A stretch of DNA of 20,389 nt from Promethearchaeota archaeon (GTDB lineage: Archaea; Asgardarchaeota; Lokiarchaeia; Sigyniarchaeales; SOKP01): contig JAHLWH010000099.1 in NCBI GenBank assembly GCA_019058015.1, positions 1 through 20,389 of the forward strand. The letters are read 5' to 3'. Made by a program: the position numbers and the translations under genes. Positions 7,804 through 17,488 of this stretch are shown one piece after another. The notes beneath the pieces are model-generated. The model did not search any database, was not told where the DNA came from, and saw only the letters and a program-made list of their open reading frames with translations. Position 1 is the first letter of the stretch. Every line of letters starts with the position of its first letter.

Positions 7804-8286
7804 TTATAAAAATTCAAAATCTTCAGAACCAAATAACGATTTGAGCTCGCTGCTAATAACTTTATGGTCAGTATATAAATATCTTTTTAATATTTCTTTA
7901 ATTTTAAGAGCCCATTTTTGTAATATCATTTTTAAAATGCCAACTTGGATATCTATATCAGTTATAACACAAATTATTCCAGAATCTCCAATTTTCATAC
8001 CAAATAAAAAACCTTTATCATATTCAGTTATTTGAATTTTTATTTTACCAAACCCTAAGATCTCTCCTTGTTCTTCTCCTGCTTGAAATACGGCTCCTCC
8101 AATAGCACCAATTCTCTCAACCGTTCCTTCCACTCCATCGACTGCAAATTTTGAAACGCTCTTTAGGGTTATTCCTGAACTATCCATCAAAATAACGTGC
8201 CTAATTCCGATTGTAGAATTCATGATTTTCTCAAGAATTAATTTAAGAGTGCGTTCATCTTCTGAACGGTCTATGGCAATACTCAA
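7804..8286 (-). CDS. Roadblock/LC7 (MglB-like) domain protein
   Basis: GIRHVILMDSSGITL, IGAIGGAVFQAGEEQG, ITEYDKG and DIQVGILK fit the roadblock fold; TTG start with an AGGAG SD about 10 nt upstream. Confidence 0.85.
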   Translation of the reverse strand: MSIAIDRSEDERTLKLILEKIMNSTIGIRHVILMDSSGITLKSVSKFAVDGVEGTVERIGAIGGAVFQAGEEQGEILGFGKIKIQITEYDKGFLFGMKIGDSGIICVITDIDIQVGILKMILQKWALKIKEILKRYLYTDHKVISSELKSLFGSEDFEFL

Positions 8287-8426
8287 ATCTAAATTGCTCC
8301 TTTATATATAAATCTGAACTTCAAATAAGTTTTCTTTTCTTTATTTAAAAACCCTAATATAATAAATAAACAACTAACTTTATTATACTATTTAGTAGGA
8401 GGAGGTTAAAAAATTTAACCAAATTT

Positions 8427-8753
8427 TTAGAAAAGAGATTGTTTAGAGAGTAATTCATTTAACTGTTTAAATTTATGCGAATATTTTGCAGATTTCTTTA
8501 ATAAAACCAGTAATTTTATTTTCTCTTTTTTTCCAATTTCTTTCACAATTTTCGTATATCTTGTGAAGTCCATAAAATTATTTTCACAAATAGCACTTAG
8601 TGCAAGAAAATCCTCATTAATATTTAATTTTTTAGGAATCCTTGATGCAATTGGAAATCCATTCTCATCGGATAAAACTCCAGCAATAAAATTTGGAAAG
8701 GTTTTTTTAATTTTTTTTAAAAGGTCATCGACCATTTTCTGGGTTATGAGCAT
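8427..8753 (-). CDS. Divergent roadblock-like protein
   Basis: VDDLLKKIKKTFPNFIAGVLSDENGFPIAS resembles the roadblock alpha1-beta1-beta2 start; the C-terminal half is divergent. Confidence 0.55.
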   Translation of the reverse strand: MLITQKMVDDLLKKIKKTFPNFIAGVLSDENGFPIASRIPKKLNINEDFLALSAICENNFMDFTRYTKIVKEIGKKEKIKLLVLLKKSAKYSHKFKQLNELLSKQSLF

Positions 8754-8834
8754 AATTAAACAGACTAAATTTTAATTTAAATTTTCGATAACGTTATAAT
8801 TAAATCAACTTTGATCGATTTTTTTAAACTGTAT

Positions 8835-8850
8835 AATATGAAGATAATAT
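8835..8850 (-). promoter_or_regulatory. 16-bp upstream motif, copy 1 (+ strand AATATGAAGATAATAT)
   Basis: Exact duplicate at 9343-9358. Lies 82 nt upstream of the 8753 start, next to a TTTAAA TATA-like box. Confidence 0.55.
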
Positions 8851-8988
8851 AATGCGAAGAAAATGAGATATTGGATAAATTTATGCTGAATCAGAATTTT
8901 ATGCTAAGCTATATTCTTTAAAGGAGATGTAATAAAAATGAAGGTTAAACTGAGATTTGTAAAAAAAATAAAGTTGATTTTTTAAAAA

Positions 8989-9258
8989 TTAGAGTTTTAT
9001 ATTTAAACTCCTTATTAATTCTCTAAAACGTTTTTGAACAGCCTTTTCTGATATATTTTTTTCTTTTGACAATTTATTTGCCATAAATATGGCTGCCGCT
9101 GCTAAAATTCGCGTTGGATCATGATCTGATATAATTTCATGTGATTTTTTAATTTCTTTAGTATGTTTCATATGCTTTAAGAATTTAATAACACCTTCCT
9201 CACTAATATCATCTAGATTAAGCAAATCCTTAATCAATTTGATATTTTCTCCATTCAT
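8989..9258 (-). CDS. Stand-alone TFB/TFIIB C-terminal cyclin-repeat-like protein (89 aa)
   Basis: DPTRILAAAAIFMANKLSKEK-NISEKAVQKRFRELIRSLNIKL aligns with the adjacent [23 protein letters not shown]...[22 protein letters not shown]. Confidence 0.7.
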   Translation of the reverse strand: MNGENIKLIKDLLNLDDISEEGVIKFLKHMKHTKEIKKSHEIISDHDPTRILAAAAIFMANKLSKEKNISEKAVQKRFRELIRSLNIKL

Positions 9259-9342
9259 TTTTTCTTAACTTTCTTGAGAACTAAATTTTCAATTATAATA
9301 GCTTTGAGCTAATCAAATTTAATCTTCCTTTTAAAATAAAAG

Positions 9343-9358
9343 AATATGAAGATAATAT
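9343..9358 (-). promoter_or_regulatory. 16-bp upstream motif, copy 2
   Basis: Identical to 8835-8850. Lies 85 nt upstream of the 9258 start, next to TTTAAA. Confidence 0.55.
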
Positions 9359-9481
9359 TTAAATGAAAGACGTAAATTAAATTAAGAGTTAAAATTCATA
9401 GCCTTCATTTTTTTTGAAGAAAATTAATGGAGTTAAGATATTTTATAGTATTACAAGAAAGTCAAAAATCACTTCTCTTTT

Positions 9482-10441
9482 TTAATAAGTATTCCTTCTG
9501 AAAGGAAGTTTAAAATTCAGATTTTCAGCTAATTCTTTATATCTGTTCCTAACTGTAACCTCAGTAACCTGTGAGACTTTAGCAATATCCCTTTGGGTGC
9601 GTTTTTCTTTCGATATAATGGAAGCGAAATAGATTGCTGCTGCAGCCACGCCGGTTGGGCCACGCCCTGAAATTAAACCTCGAGATTCTGCAATTTTGAT
9701 AATTTTCATTGCAATTTTTTGACAGGTTTGAGACAATTTAAGTTCAGAAGTAAAGCGTGTTATATAATCAAAAGGTTTTGTCGGATTCAGATTTAAGTTT
9801 AATTCTTGGGAGATAAACCTAAATGAGCGCCCAATCTCTTTTTTATTTACTCTTGCGATTTCAGAAATCTCATTTAGAGTTCTTGGTATTTTATACATTC
9901 TACATGCGGCATACAAGGAAGCTGCAGCAACGCCCTCAATACTTCTTCCACGTATTAGATGAGCATCTACTGCATCACGATAGACTTTCGCGGCAGTTTC
10001 CCTTAAATTTTTCGGTAAATCTAAATTTGATGCCATTCTATCTAATTCACTTAGCGCAAATGTTAGATTTCGCTCTGTAGCATCCGATACACGAATTCTA
10101 CTTTGCCATTTTCTTAACCGATAAATTTGCCCTCGAAGTTTAGATGGTATTTCTTTTCCAAAAATATCTTTATTTTTCCAGTCAATCATTGTGCTGAGCC
10201 CCATATCATGGATGAGATATGTCATAGGAGCTCCCACACGTGTGCGTTTCCTTTTTTGATCTGCGTCAAAAGCTCGCCACTCTGGACCTTTATCAATGTA
10301 TTTTTCTTTTATAACAAGTCCACAATATTCACAAATCATTTGGCCTCTATTTTCATCGTAAATAATTCGTTTTCTATCACATTCAGGGCAAATATCATCA
10401 AATAAAGACAGATTTTGAAATTTTAATTTCCAAGTTCCGAT
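9482..10441 (-). CDS. tfb: Transcription initiation factor IIB (TFB); start codon uncertain
   Basis: Zn ribbon CPEC-x15-CEYC, B-reader GPEWRAF, and two cyclin repeats ([17 protein letters not shown]; [13 protein letters not shown]). CPEC (from 10390) lies upstream of the first ATG (10339), so the true start is further 5'; ATC at 10441 is tentative. Confidence 0.93.
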   Translation of the reverse strand: MGTWKLKFQNLSLFDDICPECDRKRIIYDENRGQMICEYCGLVIKEKYIDKGPEWRAFDADQKRKRTRVGAPMTYLIHDMGLSTMIDWKNKDIFGKEIPSKLRGQIYRLRKWQSRIRVSDATERNLTFALSELDRMASNLDLPKNLRETAAKVYRDAVDAHLIRGRSIEGVAAASLYAACRMYKIPRTLNEISEIARVNKKEIGRSFRFISQELNLNLNPTKPFDYITRFTSELKLSQTCQKIAMKIIKIAESRGLISGRGPTGVAAAAIYFASIISKEKRTQRDIAKVSQVTEVTVRNRYKELAENLNFKLPFRRNTY

Positions 10442-10491
10442 GTCTTTAACACCTTTTTTAATTTTGGGGGGATAATTTTTTTTTAAGTCAG

Positions 10492-10761
10492 CTACTTTTT
10501 TTTTGATTTCTTCATTTTTGTAAAAAGAGATTCAGAGGAGAAGTCAAAATCAACTTGTTTAGTGTTTGTATCCAGTTGAATTGAAACTAATGGCATATCT
10601 ACCGGACCAAAAATATCTTTTACATGTCCGATCATATTCATTTTTTTATCGAATACTGGACTATAAATATTAAATTGTCCCTTTTTGAATCCTCTTGACC
10701 TAAAAATCTGATTTTTTTTAGAAGTGCCAATGAAATTTAAGTTTAATTTGATCCAAGTCAT
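10492..10761 (-). CDS. gar1: H/ACA RNP protein Gar1
   Basis: [26 protein letters not shown] is the Gar1/Naf1 signature; gar1-tfb adjacency is common in archaea. Start is probably ATG 10761. Confidence 0.85.
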   Translation of the reverse strand: MTWIKLNLNFIGTSKKNQIFRSRGFKKGQFNIYSPVFDKKMNMIGHVKDIFGPVDMPLVSIQLDTNTKQVDFDFSSESLFTKMKKSKKK

Positions 10762-11055
10762 GTAAGGGGAATGCAAAAGTATTGTTAGAATGAATAACTT
10801 ATGAGTAAGCACTTTTTTATTTAAATTTTTTGAAAAGGTAGAAAAGGAACAAAAATTTGAGTAGGTTTTATCTCCGAAGTTCTTACTTCTAATTGATGGT
10901 ATTAAATTAATATTAAAAGAAGATATATATTTTTAAATTATTCGTGTTAATTTAATTTAATTTTCACTATTATCCGACAATTTTATTTTTATTCCCAAAT
11001 CATTTTATCTATTAAAAATACCATTTTTTATTATACCTTTAAAATATAGATTTTA

Positions 11056-12138
11056 CTAAAGTAAATTGAGTTCATATTGTTTCTTACAGAAGCATTGGGG
11101 TGAATAATTTAGCTCATTTACATCTTGGGATAATGTGAAATTACTAATGATTTTTAAATTTTGTTTATTACAGTCTGAATTAAGACAGTTATGAACCCCA
11201 CGATTTGTTCCTGCTCCAGATGGATCACACAAGATTCGAGTTGTTTTAAATTCTTTTTCTTGTAAAGATTCGTTTAAACAAGTAATAATCGAATATATCC
11301 ATGGGGGTCTATATCTATTTTGAAACCAGAGATATTCTACTAGGGTTCCTTTTTGAATATTAACTGGGTTGATTGAAATAGAATTAATTTTTATTTCTAA
11401 CAGTTTTTTTATTGATTTTTTACAATCATCTATTGCTGCTTGTTCTGAAAGAAAGGGTGGTTTAAATAAAAGGTAAGCTTTTACTCCAATCTTATATTCT
11501 CTGCACAGATTAAGAGCCTCTTGGAAGTCATTGAATTTAAAACCTTTATTTATATAATTAATTCGAATATAATCATTTACGGTTTCTAAGCCAATCCCAA
11601 CTTCAACATATTTATTTGGCAAAAATTTTTTCACTTCATCCAGATTTTCGTGGTTTAGATATTCTGGACGTGATTCTATTACAAATTCTTTAATATTTTT
11701 AGTTTGGGCAACTTTTTTATATATATACTCCCTAGCTGTTTTAGGCATTTCGGTGTCGTCTAAGAAACTTCCTGAATTAAAAATTTTGATGATCCATTGT
11801 CCTGTATCACTTTGAATTTTATCTAAGGAATTCTTAAATGCAAAATCGAATTGATTTATAATATTTTGGGAATTAACATGGTCAATATTTGCATCACTGA
11901 TATATCCACACATTGAACACCCCCCATTATCTCCTAAAGCCCATTCACATCCACGAGTTCTCAAAATGATAGTTAATTCATTTCCTACTTCATTTAATAA
12001 TCGATCTGGTTTTGTCCAAAAATAAACTGGCTTATTCAAATCATTATTAGGAGATCTAATTTTGACTTTTTTGATTATATCTTGCCTAATTTTTCTTATT
12101 TTCTCTTGTATTATGGGTTGTTTATTTATTTGATTCAT
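11056..12138 (-). CDS. raSEA: Archaeosine biosynthesis radical SAM protein RaSEA
   Basis: ILRTRGCEWA...GGCSMCGY, KIFNSGSFLD, ESRPEY, GIGLET, YLLFKPPFL and YRPPW motifs; overlaps the arcS stop. Confidence 0.88.
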   Translation of the reverse strand: MNQINKQPIIQEKIRKIRQDIIKKVKIRSPNNDLNKPVYFWTKPDRLLNEVGNELTIILRTRGCEWALGDNGGCSMCGYISDANIDHVNSQNIINQFDFAFKNSLDKIQSDTGQWIIKIFNSGSFLDDTEMPKTAREYIYKKVAQTKNIKEFVIESRPEYLNHENLDEVKKFLPNKYVEVGIGLETVNDYIRINYINKGFKFNDFQEALNLCREYKIGVKAYLLFKPPFLSEQAAIDDCKKSIKKLLEIKINSISINPVNIQKGTLVEYLWFQNRYRPPWIYSIITCLNESLQEKEFKTTRILCDPSGAGTNRGVHNCLNSDCNKQNLKIISNFTLSQDVNELNYSPQCFCKKQYELNLL

Positions 12139-14212
12139 AGATATCAACAATTCTCCCTGTTTTTGAATTTTTAATAAAAACAGTTCCAACTAACATTGTG
12201 CCCATTCCAATAACTTTATCCCTTGAATTATTTAATATGACAACTAAATCGTTAGGTTGTAAATCTGAACCATATTCTAATATACCTGGTCGAAATAAAG
12301 TGCTACCTTTTATGCATTCCCCATTAAAAACAATCATATTATTAATTTTATCTAAAGGTAAGAGGTTCTCTACAGCTTTAATCGTTAATAAAAATTGACC
12401 AGTTGATTGCCGAAATTTTCCAATCAATTTGTTTGTATTCTTGTCATAGACAAATTGAAGATCTTTATTTTTATGTTTTATTATTTTAACATTTTTTGTT
12501 ATTATTTCCTTACTAAAGTTTTTACCGAAATAATAATCAATTATTGCCGAAATTTTTCTAGTTTCTGAACTTGTTTTTTTATTTAAAATCGGGGGTTTTT
12601 CCTTTACATCGAATGTTCCGATAAATGTCTCAATCATTTCTTGTAAAGAAATTAAAGAATTTTTTTCAGTTACTCCCATTGAAGTATTGGTGTAGAATAT
12701 ATTTAATTTTAAATGTTCTTGAACTCTCTCAACAATTGGAATATAATTGCTATCAACGTGAGCAATAATTGGAATAGATTTTGGGTATTTAGATAAAAGA
12801 TTTATTAATATTTCTGAAGTAATTTGTATTTCTTCTTGACTCCATAAACCAGTTACCGATATGTCATATGAATTTGCAGGGTAAATTGATTCTAATTGTC
12901 TTGGAATAACTCCTAAGGGAGAAGTTAAAATAAATTCTTGGATATTAGGAAATTTAGACTTAGCGGTATCTCTTAGGATACGCAATAATTTTTTATGAGA
13001 TTTAGAACTCGAGTATGGTTTTTTTGCCGAACAAGGAAACAACACAATTAAATTGGTAAATTCCTCTGGAGTAAAGTTATTTACGACACGTTGTCTAAAT
13101 TCATGAAAATCCGGGCGGTAAAATGAGAGCTCACTAGGGCAACTAATTTTTTTTAGTTTTTGATATAGAGGTGTGTATTGTCGAATAGTTTCAAAATATT
13201 CTCTATCTAATACTTTTAACATGGATGTTAAGTAGGAATCATTTAAAGAGGATTTTTCGACTAATTCTCTAAAGTCTTCCGTGGTTAAATATTGTTTAAC
13301 TTTATTCATATAAGATAATGCTGATAAGAGGTTATGTCTATATAAAAACACCAAATTTTCTTCATTTTTTTTTTGTTGTTGCATCTCTGGTGAGATGGAT
13401 TGACAAAATTTACAAGAACAAGGTAAAAATTTCATTTTATATAAAGGAATAAGCTTCTCATCAAGATTATAAAAATTATCACATGATAGAAAAAATAAAT
13501 AGGTTGCATCAATGACATCAAACCCTAAATAAACTAGCATTGGATAATATTTAGGTACGATTTTCCCTGAAGCGATATATAGAAGATTATTATCAACATT
13601 ATTTCTAAATGATACAATAACTTTTAGGATGTTTCTAAAATTCTTCAAATTATCAAAAAGATCCAAAAAATTGAGTGCTTTGATGTTTTTATGCTTTTTA
13701 ATAAACTCAATATAGTAATCTAATAAAGAAATATTATCAAAAAACTTAATACTAAGACCACAATCAAGATTTTGATATTTTTTTAAGAGGTTTTCACATT
13801 GTGATAGATAATTTTGTAGTTCTGAAATTGCAAAATCAAGACTCATCGCAGTTGTGGGGATATTTAATGGAATGATGGGAAATACATTATTTATCTTTTC
13901 TTTTATTAAATTATCTTCCAAATTGTCTTGAAAGGTCTCAAATGTCCCACTATTAGAAAAAAAGAATCCATTACTATGAAAAAACGAATCATGGAAAAAA
14001 TTAATTTCTTTTAATTCATCAAGATTTAAAATTTTAAAAAGATCATAATTTTTCAGAAAATCTAAAAGTTCCTTATCATTAAATAATAAATCATTTATAG
14101 GAACTATCAATTTTGGAGTATGAATATATCCTTTTTTTCCTTGAATTAGATTCATACGGGAGATTTTTCCAAACCCGCCCTTGAAATTTAAAATTTCGAA
14201 AAAACCTTTCAT
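12122..14212 (-). CDS. arcS: Archaeosine synthase subunit alpha (TGT-like, DUF5591 and PUA domains)
   Basis: LVYLGFDVID, CSCKFC, FPCSAKKPYSSSKSH, LTSPLGVIPRQLE, YDISVTGLW and a C-terminal PUA domain; coupled to RaSEA. Confidence 0.88.
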   Translation of the reverse strand: MKGFFEILNFKGGFGKISRMNLIQGKKGYIHTPKLIVPINDLLFNDKELLDFLKNYDLFKILNLDELKEINFFHDSFFHSNGFFFSNSGTFETFQDNLEDNLIKEKINNVFPIIPLNIPTTAMSLDFAISELQNYLSQCENLLKKYQNLDCGLSIKFFDNISLLDYYIEFIKKHKNIKALNFLDLFDNLKNFRNILKVIVSFRNNVDNNLLYIASGKIVPKYYPMLVYLGFDVIDATYLFFLSCDNFYNLDEKLIPLYKMKFLPCSCKFCQSISPEMQQQKKNEENLVFLYRHNLLSALSYMNKVKQYLTTEDFRELVEKSSLNDSYLTSMLKVLDREYFETIRQYTPLYQKLKKISCPSELSFYRPDFHEFRQRVVNNFTPEEFTNLIVLFPCSAKKPYSSSKSHKKLLRILRDTAKSKFPNIQEFILTSPLGVIPRQLESIYPANSYDISVTGLWSQEEIQITSEILINLLSKYPKSIPIIAHVDSNYIPIVERVQEHLKLNIFYTNTSMGVTEKNSLISLQEMIETFIGTFDVKEKPPILNKKTSSETRKISAIIDYYFGKNFSKEIITKNVKIIKHKNKDLQFVYDKNTNKLIGKFRQSTGQFLLTIKAVENLLPLDKINNMIVFNGECIKGSTLFRPGILEYGSDLQPNDLVVILNNSRDKVIGMGTMLVGTVFIKNSKTGRIVDIYESNK

Positions 14213-14285
14213 CTTATTAAAGAATGATGTAAGGAAAAAAAAATAAATTTTACGATTTAAATTTATTTCGAATTAAAGATAGTTT

Positions 14286-16334
14286 TTAGAGTTGGATTTC
14301 CACCATAATTGCAGGGTGATCTGAGGCAGTTCCTCCAAAATATCGACATGAGGACACAGTTGTTCCAGGAGATACAAATACATGGTCTATTCTCTCTGCT
14401 GGTAATCGAGGGATCCAAGATGTGGGGAGGGTTCCCAGAATTGAATTATCTGCAACTTCCCAACAATCATTTAAAATGGCAGTTGTAATATTGTATTGTT
14501 CAGTATTCGGAATGAAATTAAAATCACCCATTAATATTACATTGCTTTTTCCTTCTATCCTACTTATAATATTTTCTTGCTGAATTATTTGAGCTCGACT
14601 AACTGAAGTATTAACATAATTTCCAAGATGAGTTATGAATATATTAAATGTGGTTGTTCCGACTGTTATTTCTGCTTGTATTGTCGCAGTTTGCTCGCCT
14701 CCTTCACTATACATATAAAATGTCATAGCGTTTTCGATCGGATATTTCGAGAGCAATGCCAATCCAAAAGTTCCTGTTACAGTTTTCGGTCCAAAATATG
14801 AATACATTTTTAATTTACTATTCATGAATCTTACTATATCCGTGTTTCCACTTGAAATTCTGCACGTATCTGATTCTTGTAATCCTATAATATCGGGATA
14901 TGCTTGTATTATTACCTCAAACTGACTATAAAAATCCTTATTAGCTTGCTCATTAATACCTTGCTGAATATTATAAGATAAGACTTTTATGGAATTTCCT
15001 GTCGTTGCTTGTTCAATTGAATATGGTTCAGTTATGATTGCGCTAACAATTGTTCCTATACTAATAATTCCTAATATCACTGTAATGGTAATTTTTAGTT
15101 TCATACTATTTATTGCTTTTTTGAAAATCAACGAGGATTTCTTTATGAGAAGAACCGGTAAAACGATAATAATTCCAATTATTAGAAATACAAACCAAAT
15201 CATATCTCTAAAAAATGGACCAACTAAAGGGATGTAATCCGATACTATTGTAAATACAGCTGATAAAATCATTATTATGAAATATCCTGACGCTATAATA
15301 AAACTTCCGCCAATTTTCCATGTGGATGGTCTGCTTTTTATTAACTCTCTTGATAATAACATGAAATCAATTAAAATTATAGGTGAAAAAATTAACATTA
15401 TGATTACTGGTAAACGCTGTATTATATTTGTTGGAGGAACAACAACTGGATAGGCGCCTTCAACAGGAGGGAAAGATGTTTGATGCCCATATACTGTTAA
15501 AACTAGTGTCAAAGCGAATAAACCGTTCCAAAGTAAAATAGTCCAAAGTTTAATTTTTACAAAAATCTCTGGTTTAAACAATGTAAATATAGTAAATAGA
15601 GCAATCATAATTATCAATATGGCTAAAATTGCAACATAATCGAATTCTGTCCAACGGCTTATTACTGTAGGACTGGAGAAAGAAAAATAAATCAATATAA
15701 AAATGCTTATTAATCCAAGAGTTAAACCTAAAACTTTCCATGTACTAGCTGGTTTTTCGTTTATTAATGTCTCTTCAATTTTTGTATCTCGTCCTTTATT
15801 TAGCAGATTAATTATCATAATTGCAGATATAATAGCCAGAAGCCAACCTATACATTGAAACCAGCTATAGGTAGAAATATCAAGTCCTGTACCTAGAGTT
15901 CTAAAAAAAATTGAAGATACAATGGCAAAACCGAGTCCCAGACCTAATGTCTTGCTATCGTTCTCCTGATTACTTAAATCTTTTTTCTGAAGAAATACTG
16001 GAAAAAAAATCAGGAAACACCCAACACCAAGTCCTGAGATTATCATTTTAAATTGAACTTCAAGCATTACTTCAACAACTCTGCAGACAATCATAACTTC
16101 TCCAATGATTACCATCAATTTGTCCGGGAAGCTTTTTCTAAAAAGAAATAGCACAGCTGGTGATAAGAAAAACAGGAGTGCCAAGACATTTTCATTTAAT
16201 TCGACTTCGATTAAATTTAGAGCATATATTGCCTCAAGGAAATCTGAACATAATTGCAAGAAAAATAAGAACATAATTGAAACTAGCACTAATTCTGAAT
16301 AGATTTGGCTAAAAAATTTTTTGTTAGAAGACAT
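14286..16334 (-). CDS. Polytopic membrane protein with a C-terminal EEP (endonuclease/exonuclease/phosphatase) domain, Cwh43/PGAP2IP-like
   Basis: Many TM segments followed by SYNIQQG, DIIGLQESD, GLALLSKYPI, LMGDFN, IDHVF and SDH EEP motifs. Confidence 0.85.
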   Translation of the reverse strand: MSSNKKFFSQIYSELVLVSIMFLFFLQLCSDFLEAIYALNLIEVELNENVLALLFFLSPAVLFLFRKSFPDKLMVIIGEVMIVCRVVEVMLEVQFKMIISGLGVGCFLIFFPVFLQKKDLSNQENDSKTLGLGLGFAIVSSIFFRTLGTGLDISTYSWFQCIGWLLAIISAIMIINLLNKGRDTKIEETLINEKPASTWKVLGLTLGLISIFILIYFSFSSPTVISRWTEFDYVAILAILIIMIALFTIFTLFKPEIFVKIKLWTILLWNGLFALTLVLTVYGHQTSFPPVEGAYPVVVPPTNIIQRLPVIIMLIFSPIILIDFMLLSRELIKSRPSTWKIGGSFIIASGYFIIMILSAVFTIVSDYIPLVGPFFRDMIWFVFLIIGIIIVLPVLLIKKSSLIFKKAINSMKLKITITVILGIISIGTIVSAIITEPYSIEQATTGNSIKVLSYNIQQGINEQANKDFYSQFEVIIQAYPDIIGLQESDTCRISSGNTDIVRFMNSKLKMYSYFGPKTVTGTFGLALLSKYPIENAMTFYMYSEGGEQTATIQAEITVGTTTFNIFITHLGNYVNTSVSRAQIIQQENIISRIEGKSNVILMGDFNFIPNTEQYNITTAILNDCWEVADNSILGTLPTSWIPRLPAERIDHVFVSPGTTVSSCRYFGGTASDHPAIMVEIQL

Positions 16335-16441
16335 GATGAATATAAAAATGATGATTATACTTAAAAAGATATTTGTTACTTCTCTGAATATATTACAGCG
16401 AGAATTTCTATGATATTTATTCTAAAAATAAGTTGAATTAA

Positions 16442-17488
16442 TTATAATTTTTTCTTAATTTTTTCCAAATTATCTCCAAGACCAATAACTATAGCATCAT
16501 AATGGTATCCGTCAAGCTCTTCTCCTCTACAATCCATACTCAAACCTTGTTCCCTACACCATCGACCTAATTCTTGCACCTCTTGATGAGAGAAAACACT
16601 TGCATCAATAAAAAAGATTGACCTAAGATTCGGAACATCCTTAATTGGGTGGATCTTTGTTATTGGGTTTTTAAATACCTCGAAATCGTATAGGTTTAAT
16701 AAACCATTGATACCTTTTATTTCAGTTATTTGATTATAAGTTAAATCTAAATTGCGAAGCGTAATAAGGTTTCCAAGACCTTTTATCTCGGTAATCTGAT
16801 TATGGGTCAAATTGAGCGTATCAATGTTATAAAGGTTATCAAGCCCCTTACTCTCGGTAATCTTATTGTTCCCTAAATATAAATCTCTCAAATTTCTGAG
16901 GTTATCCAAACCTTTAATCTCGATAATTTGATTATCAGATAATCTGAGATAATCTAAATTAATTAAATTATCGAGTCCTTTAATTTCAGTAATTTGATTC
17001 CCATGCAATTTTAACTTCTTTAATTTATGAAGATTATCTAGACCCTCAATTTCTTGTATCCGATTTCCCACTAAATGTAATTCTCTTAAATGTATTAGGC
17101 TTTCAAGCCCTTCTATTTTTCGTATGCAGTCGCTGCTTAAAGTTAATATCTCTAAATTTTTAAGCAAATTGAGAAATTCTAAATTTTTAAATTTACATCT
17201 AGAAATATGGAGATTCAAAAGATTTGAAAAATGCGCGAGCATCTTTGAATCTTCAATATCAATATCGCTTAAATGGAGATGGTAAACTCGCATTCGCCAA
17301 TTTGTATTAAAATATAAGATGTTCTCTTGATGACCATATTTTGTAAGAATATTTAATAAAAATTCTCTCTCAGTTCTATCCGAAATCCTCTTAATCTCTT
17401 TAAGTTGAGACTCCACTACGGCCTGTATCCTTGCTCTCTTGGATTCGGGATCTCCTCGAGCGGCTTCTTCTCCCTCCAATGCATCCAA
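16442..17488 (-). CDS. Leucine-rich repeat protein (SDS22-like 22-aa repeats)
   Basis: Repeated units of the form NxIxEIxGLDNLxxLxxLxLx; TTG start is uncertain. Confidence 0.9.
   Translation of the reverse strand: MDALEGEEAARGDPESKRARIQAVVESQLKEIKRISDRTEREFLLNILTKYGHQENILYFNTNWRMRVYHLHLSDIDIEDSKMLAHFSNLLNLHISRCKFKNLEFLNLLKNLEILTLSSDCIRKIEGLESLIHLRELHLVGNRIQEIEGLDNLHKLKKLKLHGNQITEIKGLDNLINLDYLRLSDNQIIEIKGLDNLRNLRDLYLGNNKITESKGLDNLYNIDTLNLTHNQITEIKGLGNLITLRNLDLTYNQITEIKGINGLLNLYDFEVFKNPITKIHPIKDVPNLRSIFFIDASVFSHQEVQELGRWCREQGLSMDCRGEELDGYHYDAIVIGLGDNLEKIKKKL

Noticed and set aside
11056-14212. arcS-RaSEA pair as a novel system
   Set aside because: This is the established archaeosine biosynthesis pathway.
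16690-17150. 66-bp periodic repeats as a CRISPR array or DNA repeat
   Set aside because: They are degenerate coding repeats of the 22-aa LRR units, with no constant repeat and unique spacer pattern.
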